The notes below the pieces were generated by a model. The model was not told the DNA's origin and did no database searches. It saw only the letters and a program-made list of their open reading frames with translations. Below, piece after piece: positions 33,989 through 39,732 of a stretch of DNA of 39,732 bases; position 1 is the first letter of the stretch; every line of letters begins with the position of its first letter. Source of the stretch: a virus (taxonomy: Duplodnaviria; Caudoviricetes); the IMG/VR virus record IMGVR_UViG_3300009068_004212, positions 1 to 39,732 of that record, one strand, 5' to 3'. Position numbers and translations under genes: made by a program.

Positions 33989-34656
33989 CTACATATGACT
34001 TTCAGGACGGTAATGGACCGGTAGCTGCTCATCAGCACTCCAATGGAGGCGGTTGGGTGGCAGACACAGCTAAGGTAGAAGCCAGTGCCTATGTCGATCC
34101 TACCGCTCAGGTATATGGTAACGCTCAGGTATATGGTAACGCTCGGATATTTGATAACGCTCGGATATCCGGTGACGTTGAGGTATCCGGTAACGCTCGG
34201 ATATTTGATAACGCTCGGATATCCGGTGACGCTTGGGTATATGGTAACGCTCAGGTATCTTGTAACGCTTGTGTAGATGGTAACGCTTGTGTATTTGGTA
34301 ACGCTGAGGTATCCGGTAACGCTTGTGTAGATGGTGACGCTGAGGTATCCGGTAACGCTTGTGTAGATGGTAACGCTTATGTATTTGGTAACGCTTATGT
34401 ATTTGGTAACGCTCAGGTATCCGGTAACGCTTATGTAGATGGTGACGCTCGGGTATATGGAATCAGACGATCTGATGGATACTACTTTGTTTATCTTGAT
34501 TGTTCTGATGGGATTAAACGAATTCAAGCGGGGTGTAGAAATCTTTCTTTAGAAGACGCAAAAAGACATTGGGAAGAAACCAGAGGTGGCACTCCTCTTG
34601 GTGAAGAGACAATGGACATTATTAACCATTTGGTAAAATGGAGTAAGTTAAAATGA
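33985..34656 (+). CDS. hexapeptide-repeat (left-handed beta-helix) protein
   Basis: ~20 (V/I)xGNAx-type hexapeptides encoded by 18-nt tandem repeats; C-terminal IQAGC domain. Confidence 0.85.
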   Translation: MTTYDFQDGNGPVAAHQHSNGGGWVADTAKVEASAYVDPTAQVYGNAQVYGNARIFDNARISGDVEVSGNARIFDNARISGDAWVYGNAQVSCNACVDGNACVFGNAEVSGNACVDGDAEVSGNACVDGNAYVFGNAYVFGNAQVSGNAYVDGDARVYGIRRSDGYYFVYLDCSDGIKRIQAGCRNLSLEDAKRHWEETRGGTPLGEETMDIINHLVKWSKLK

Positions 34657-34838
34657 AGACTAAATCTAAGACTCTCATCAAAGCTCTTCGAATCCTATCA
34701 GAAGATGTTCAGTCTGATGATGGTGTGGCAAATGCTTGTATCGCTGAAGCCGCTAACAGGATTGAAGAACTGGAAGCCAAGGTGTCTGAGTTAAATCAAA
34801 AATTATGTAAAGAAATCTTTAGATTAAGAGGTTCATAA
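34653..34838 (+). CDS. hypothetical protein
   Basis: SDDGVANACIAEAANRIEELE. Confidence 0.65.
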   Translation: MKTKSKTLIKALRILSEDVQSDDGVANACIAEAANRIEELEAKVSELNQKLCKEIFRLRGS

Positions 34839-35059
34839 TGAAAACGCCAACGATCTTACTTTCAAAGTGTGTATATGATGTAGATAACAGATATGTGGAT
34901 CTGTCGATTAGAGATGTTAGGGACGATGGAAAGTTGTTTGTGCTTATTCTAAATGAAAATGCTGACGATGTAGCAGATATTGAAGTTGATATGTATCTAA
35001 CAAGAGAAGATTTACAGTTGGTCATTGATCAGTTAACCGAGGTATTACGCAAAAAATGA
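34838..35059 (+). CDS. hypothetical protein
   Basis: Coupled ORF. Confidence 0.6.
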   Translation: MKTPTILLSKCVYDVDNRYVDLSIRDVRDDGKLFVLILNENADDVADIEVDMYLTREDLQLVIDQLTEVLRKK

Positions 35060-35727
35060 CAAGACAAGAAATCGAAGACCTCGCAATTCAAGCCGGAATC
35101 AAATCCTATGTATTAGGAATGGCTACCGAAGAAGCGTGGCAACAAACTGAACGATTTGTTGAGTTGATCCTTAAAAAAGGCAAAGAATCTATGAAAGAAA
35201 TGAAAGAACTATCCGAAGAAGAAATCCTAGAAGCATTTAAGCGTTTTTCTAACTATCCTGCGTATCGTCTAAGCGAACTCCATATCTTTATGATGGCTGT
35301 TCGCTGGATGGAAGAACAGAATAAAGGCAAAGAATCTATGAAAGAAAATACAGAAATTACTGATTATCCTATGATGAATATCAAGGACTTAGTGGCAGAA
35401 ACTAATACTAACTCCCTTTCTCTTTTTGATTTGAAACCAGATTATAATGTTGTGTTTCACAATGGAGATCACGAAGTTGGAAGACTTGATTTCAATAGTG
35501 GTGTGATGGTATTTGAAGGAGATGCTGAAGAGAGTGCTAAATTATTCTTTGATGCTCTTGCAGAAAAGTTTGCTGATAGACTGAAAGAAGAACGAGAGAA
35601 GGAGCGCGAGGCGTGCGCTCGGATAGCGGATGAGGAGGCGCAGTTATTTGGCATAACTGACGACGTTGTTGCCCATAGAATCCGTGAGAGAGGTGAAGAT
35701 CGATTTGAAATTAAGGAATTACGATGA
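35056..35727 (+). CDS. mosaic hypothetical protein
   Basis: Internal repeat KGKESMKE twice; FEGDAEESAK; EREACA module. Confidence 0.6.
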   Translation: MTRQEIEDLAIQAGIKSYVLGMATEEAWQQTERFVELILKKGKESMKEMKELSEEEILEAFKRFSNYPAYRLSELHIFMMAVRWMEEQNKGKESMKENTEITDYPMMNIKDLVAETNTNSLSLFDLKPDYNVVFHNGDHEVGRLDFNSGVMVFEGDAEESAKLFFDALAEKFADRLKEEREKEREACARIADEEAQLFGITDDVVAHRIRERGEDRFEIKELR

Positions 35728-35930
35728 ACGAACGAATTCGAAAGTTTGCAGAACAGGCAGAAACCAAAGAAGTTGGTTATTATTTCTTTGACAGAGAGAA
35801 ATTCGCTGAGTTGATTATTCAAGACTGCATTGATATCATTACACCATACAGTTGGCGTCTTCCCGGTGAAGAATATCCGCATCCTATTAGTGTGATTAAA
35901 GATCGTTTTGGTATTAAAAAAAATTATTGA
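35724..35930 (+). CDS. MNERI...EKFAELI...FG family small protein
   Basis: Paralog of 38365-38580 and 36196-36438. Confidence 0.7.
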   Translation: MNERIRKFAEQAETKEVGYYFFDREKFAELIIQDCIDIITPYSWRLPGEEYPHPISVIKDRFGIKKNY

Positions 35931-35949
35931 CGTTTTATAAGCTATAGCT

Positions 35950-35972
35950 TATAATTGACTTATAAATTGAAA
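35950..35972 (+). repeat. 23-bp promoter-associated repeat TATAATTGACTTATAAATTGAAA (also 37716-37738, 37991-38013)
   Basis: Three identical copies, each starting with a -10 TATAAT. Confidence 0.75.
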
Positions 35973-35985
35973 CAAGGATTGAAGA

Positions 35986-36438
35986 ATGACCAAACGCAAA
36001 ATTACTACCCGAGTCGTCGTTGATGGTAATGTGGATCATACCTTCACCCAGATGCGACAGGTTTATATTGATGATGATCGAGGCGAATATGTAAATTGCA
36101 ACCGCAATCGGAAATACATTGCGAATGATAGTTTTGACATTGTTTATACTACTGGTAGATCATTAACAGTACAGTGGAGAGAAAGGTGGAACGTAATGAA
36201 TAAACGAATTATTGAACTTGGATTGAAGGCGCATTTGCTGAACTACATAGATAACGAAACACCCCCGAACTACTTTGTTTCGGGGTACGCAGATCAACAA
36301 GAGGTCATAGATTTTGCTCGATTGATTGTGCAGGAATGCGGCATAGTTATTCAAGATTTTATAGATCATAGAATTCCTGCCAGTGAATATCCTAATCTTT
36401 TAAAACAACATTTTGGAATTGAAGGAATTGAAGAATGA
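35986..36438 (+). CDS. hypothetical protein, apparent in-frame fusion with an MNKRI...HFG module (internal start 36196)
   Basis: Internal AAGGTGG + ATG at 36196. Confidence 0.6.
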   Translation: MTKRKITTRVVVDGNVDHTFTQMRQVYIDDDRGEYVNCNRNRKYIANDSFDIVYTTGRSLTVQWRERWNVMNKRIIELGLKAHLLNYIDNETPPNYFVSGYADQQEVIDFARLIVQECGIVIQDFIDHRIPASEYPNLLKQHFGIEGIEE

Positions 36439-36839
36439 GTCCAGAACTAGATGAACGACTGTGCAAAAAGTATCCTGTACTCTTTGCTCAGAGAAACGGT
36501 TCTCCCCAAGAAACTGCTATGTGTTGGGGGTTTGACTGTGGCGATGGATGGTATGATCTTATCAACTTTCTATGCGGTCACATTCAGAATCATATAGTAT
36601 ATGGTCGAGGCGGTGATGCTCCTCAAGTCGTCGTTATGCAAGTCAAAGAAAAGTTTGGTGAGCTTAGGTTCTATATTGACGGTGGAGATGAATATATCCT
36701 CGGACTGATCACAATGGCTGAATCCATGAGTAGGCGTATCTGTGAAATTTGTGGTAACAAAGGCAAGAACAGAAATGATGGTTGGATTACGACTCGATGT
36801 GATTCTTGCCATCGGATGGAGAGTAATAATGACACTTGA
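36435..36839 (+). CDS. conserved phage protein (QVKEKFGELRFY family) with zinc ribbon
   Basis: CWGFDCGDGW, QVKEKFG.LRFY, ICEICG. Confidence 0.75.
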   Translation: MSPELDERLCKKYPVLFAQRNGSPQETAMCWGFDCGDGWYDLINFLCGHIQNHIVYGRGGDAPQVVVMQVKEKFGELRFYIDGGDEYILGLITMAESMSRRICEICGNKGKNRNDGWITTRCDSCHRMESNNDT

Positions 36840-37095
36840 TGAAATATGGGAACGTTTAGCCCAACACCAGTCTTACGCCGACCAGAAGGGTTACGGTGAG
36901 GCGTGGGCCAAGATGTGCGCGGAGAGAACGCAGGACGCAGCGTGGGAGGCGGTTCAGGCGACGGAGGTGTCGGCGGCGGCGGAACAGGCGGCGGACGTGG
37001 CGTGGGCGGCGTTGAGGGCAGCGGAGGAGGTGGAAGAACTGGCGACGAATGCGATAGAGTGGATTGAAAAAGCGGAGGGGAAGAATAATGACTGA
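36829..37095 (+). CDS. hypothetical protein, paralog of 37153-37371
   Basis: WERLAQ...GYG..W.KM..ERTQ...EKAEGKNND. Confidence 0.65.
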   Translation: MTLDEIWERLAQHQSYADQKGYGEAWAKMCAERTQDAAWEAVQATEVSAAAEQAADVAWAALRAAEEVEELATNAIEWIEKAEGKNND

Positions 37096-37152
37096 AAACA
37101 AAACACTGATTGAAACTCTTGATGAACTAAAAGAACATTTTGGAGTTAAAGA

Positions 37153-37371
37153 ATGAACGAACGAATTCTACTTGCAGAAGTAACGTGGGAACGTCTTGCT
37201 CAAGATCAAGCCCGTGCCGCCGAGCGGGGTTATGGTGCCGAGTGGAAGAAAATGTATGTGGAGCGAACGCAAGAGGCATTTTATGCGGCACGGAGAGCGC
37301 AATTGAGGTCGTGCAATTTAGCAGCGGTAATGCATTGGCTTGAAAAGGCGGAGGGGAAGAATAATGACTAA
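37153..37371 (+). CDS. hypothetical protein, paralog of 36829-37095 with an MNERI start
   Basis: Same C-terminus EKAEGKNND. Confidence 0.65.
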   Translation: MNERILLAEVTWERLAQDQARAAERGYGAEWKKMYVERTQEAFYAARRAQLRSCNLAAVMHWLEKAEGKNND

Positions 37372-37659
37372 ATGGAACACCTTATGAATATTCAAATTTT
37401 TGTGTTGAAAAATGGAAAGGCGATTATTGGAGAACATCTTAGTAACCCTGCTGATTTTGATCACTATTGCGTTCGGCGTCCAGTAGAGATCAGGGGTGAC
37501 GGTTCGAACATTGATTTAATTCCTTATCTGGATTTTGCAGAAGAATATGAAGATGGATTGCGACTCAATAAAGTTGGTCACGTTAATCATTTCTTGTCGC
37601 CAAAGATGGAATTGAAACAACGCTATATTTCTCTTTTTCCAGACACCACTTCCGCATAA
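37372..37659 (+). CDS. hypothetical protein (Sm-like T4 family)
   Basis: LKNGKAIIGE...RPVEI...LIPYL. Confidence 0.6.
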   Translation: MEHLMNIQIFVLKNGKAIIGEHLSNPADFDHYCVRRPVEIRGDGSNIDLIPYLDFAEEYEDGLRLNKVGHVNHFLSPKMELKQRYISLFPDTTSA

Positions 37660-37751
37660 CCTAAGTTATTGATTTTACAAGAAAGAAAGTTGTTTACTTT
37701 TTTTAATTTATAGATTATAATTGACTTATAAATTGAAATGAGGATTGAAGA

Positions 37752-37982
37752 ATGAAAATTGAAATCGAGCTTGATGACCGCATCATCAAGGAAATTCTAG
37801 ATCGCATTGATGTGATCTCTGAAAGGGCTCCATGGCCGGAGAAAGAAGCGGTGGAATTCATTGCTCAGGATATAGCCAGTGTCTACGCGGTATGCTACAG
37901 TGAATATCTTGATAGTGCCATCATGGAAGACGATGAATTAGTCAGGAAAAAGCTGGGGAAGGAATGGTTGTCTTCTAAGTGA
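37752..37982 (+). CDS. hypothetical protein
   Basis: GAGGA RBS after promoter repeat. Confidence 0.6.
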   Translation: MKIEIELDDRIIKEILDRIDVISERAPWPEKEAVEFIAQDIASVYAVCYSEYLDSAIMEDDELVRKKLGKEWLSSK

Positions 37983-38027
37983 AAGTATCCTATAATTGAC
38001 TTATAAATTGAAACGAGAATCTTAGAT

Positions 38028-38123
38028 ATGAAAGACGATATTGTAAGCCTTATAGGTTTTCTAGCTACCATAGTAGCTATGGTTTATTTGCTTATTGCAC
38101 TTCGCCCGGATTTATTCCCGTAA
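38028..38123 (+). pseudogene. truncated paralog of 39132-39314
   Basis: Similarity continues past a CAA-to-TAA stop to ~38141. Confidence 0.65.
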
Positions 38124-38167
38124 GCGATAGATGCCCTTAAATTGAAACTTGGCATTAAGGAGGAAGA

Positions 38168-38368
38168 ATGAATGAAGTTCAGTTATATAATCTGCATTCT
38201 AATGCTGCGTCCCATGCCACCAACGCTGCAAAAAGTGCAGAGACATTGGCTTTAAGGCTAATGATCGCCCACCTGCGAGTGGAGCATAATATGGGTTTGT
38301 CTGTTATCGCAAAGCGTTGTGGATTAAAAATGAAACAAGTCAAACTGTTTTTGGAGAACAAAGAATGA
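38168..38368 (+). CDS. small HTH-like protein
   Basis: AGGAGG RBS; GLSVIAKRCGLKMKQV. Confidence 0.6.
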   Translation: MNEVQLYNLHSNAASHATNAAKSAETLALRLMIAHLRVEHNMGLSVIAKRCGLKMKQVKLFLENKE

Positions 38369-38580
38369 ATGAGCGAATTAAAGAACTTGCTGAACAGGCT
38401 TGGGATGCTACTGCGGTAAGTCCAGATTTTGGGCATCCTGTATCGTTTGAAGAGAAGTTCGCTGAGTTGATTTTGCAGGGATGTATTGACCTACTCGATG
38501 ACGACACAAGAGACATTCATCCAAGATCTCATGATTATTGTGTCTCTTTAATTAAAGAACACTTTGGAATTGAAGAATGA
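38365..38580 (+). CDS. MNERI...EKFAELI...HFG family small protein
   Basis: Paralog of 35724-35930. Confidence 0.7.
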   Translation: MNERIKELAEQAWDATAVSPDFGHPVSFEEKFAELILQGCIDLLDDDTRDIHPRSHDYCVSLIKEHFGIEE

Positions 38581-38837
38581 ATAAAAGCGAAGCATTTGAA
38601 CAATACTGGGCGAGTCTTGGTATGCAAGATACCGTATTAGCGGTTACAATGAGGCTTATTGCGGAAGATGTTTGGGCAGCGGCGACGGCGGCTGAGCGTC
38701 AGGCGTGTGCAAACATTCTGACCAGAAAAATCACCTGTTTGGCGGCTGTAGGAATCGAAAATTACACCGAGAGTGAAATTGCGGCATGGGCGTACAAAAT
38801 GGCCGATGCAATGCTGGCAGAAAGGGTCAAAGAATGA
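38577..38837 (+). CDS. mosaic hypothetical protein
   Basis: AAERQACANIL module plus AYKMADAMLAER module. Confidence 0.65.
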   Translation: MNKSEAFEQYWASLGMQDTVLAVTMRLIAEDVWAAATAAERQACANILTRKITCLAAVGIENYTESEIAAWAYKMADAMLAERVKE

Positions 38838-39130
38838 GACCACAAGAAATCAATCGTAACATTAATCTAGCTTTCAAACGGTTTGCTCGTGATAACTATC
38901 TAAGTCATTTTCAGAAGTGTAAGAAGCATTTGCTAAAAAGATTAGAATGGTTTCGTAAGACTGATCCTGAACTAACTGAATCCGGAAAAACCTATAAAAC
39001 CTATGCGTATTATGTAGAAAATACCGAAAATATGGATGATATAAAGGCTGAGTTTTGGTATATCTCTGACCGATGGAATTGCCCCGGTCGCATTAAATTT
39101 ATGCTTGAAGTGATTAATCGAGGAATTTGA
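38834..39130 (+). CDS. hypothetical protein
   Basis: ATGA coupling. Confidence 0.6.
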   Translation: MRPQEINRNINLAFKRFARDNYLSHFQKCKKHLLKRLEWFRKTDPELTESGKTYKTYAYYVENTENMDDIKAEFWYISDRWNCPGRIKFMLEVINRGI

Positions 39131-39131
39131 T

Positions 39132-39314
39132 ATGAAAGAAGATATTGTAAGTCTTATAGGTTTTCTAGGTGGCATAGTAATTACTGTTTGTTTGCTTATT
39201 GCACTTTGCCCGGATTCATTCACGCAAGCAACAGATGCCCTAAAACAATGTGAAAAATCTTTACCTAGAGATCAAAAATGTGTGATAATTGCAGTTCCAG
39301 AGGATAAAAAGTGA
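39132..39314 (+). CDS. small membrane protein (CEKSLPRDQKC family)
   Basis: GAGGA RBS, TM helix, two Cys. Confidence 0.65.
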   Translation: MKEDIVSLIGFLGGIVITVCLLIALCPDSFTQATDALKQCEKSLPRDQKCVIIAVPEDKK

Positions 39315-39625
39315 AAAAGATTAAACCAGAATTGACTATCGAAGAAGCATGGGGTATGAACGGGCTGATGGCGACTTCTGCTTTTCGGTACTGCCTCGGG
39401 CGAATGACTTACATTGTTGGCGAATGCGCTGATTGGCTTATCGCTAACTGGGATAAGTTTCCGCCTAATGTTAGGTCTCTTATTGAACGAGAACTTGAAG
39501 AAGAATTTGGAAATGATGACAGGGAACGAATGCACAATCCGCAAGGCATGTGGAAGCCTCTTGGTCACGACTGCGACCGCAAAGAATGGGAACGAGTGCG
39601 AGCGTTGTGGAATAAACAATCTTAA
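39311..39625 (+). CDS. conserved phage hypothetical protein
   Basis: AFRYCLGRMTYIV...LGHDCDRKEW. Confidence 0.7.
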   Translation: MKKIKPELTIEEAWGMNGLMATSAFRYCLGRMTYIVGECADWLIANWDKFPPNVRSLIERELEEEFGNDDRERMHNPQGMWKPLGHDCDRKEWERVRALWNKQS

Positions 39626-39732
39626 GTATTGATTTATTCATTTGTTCATTATAAACTGAACAAAATAAAATACTGTGGAGAGAAAAATGGATCGTGATGT
39701 GTTGCGTGATAGTCTGTCGAATTCAATCATGA

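Noticed and set aside
33946-34527. Repetitive minus-strand ORF (SVTxY repeats) or a diversity-generating retroelement
   Set aside because: Mirror of the hexapeptide repeats; no reverse transcriptase and no adenine-specific TR/VR pair

Overview
Segment of a large T4-like (Kyanoviridae/Straboviridae-style) myophage genome; the host is inferred to be a RuMP-pathway methylotroph because the phage HPS resembles Methylophilaceae-type enzymes. The left part (1-13.7 kb, AT-rich) carries nrdA/nrdB with an intervening homing endonuclease. A C1 auxiliary-metabolism cassette follows (unannotated pqqA peptide, 3-hexulose-6-phosphate synthase, 6-phospho-3-hexuloisomerase). After that come a circularly permuted two-piece tmRNA, late structural and tail genes, a cluster of MKTF-start internal head proteins including an ADP-ribosyltransferase, and an MT-A70 methylase. 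The middle has a divergent vWA-metallopeptidase / CobS-like AAA+ pair, a type I hammerhead ribozyme and an unidentified structured non-coding region. The rest is a dense array of small early genes. It is punctuated by five copies of a ~230-bp intergenic module with IHF-consensus boxes at fixed spacings, by promoters that appear to give leaderless transcripts, by an inserted late tailspike gene under hairpin translational control, and by mosaic or duplicated small ORFs. All calls come from reading the sequence; no database searches or folding calculations were run.
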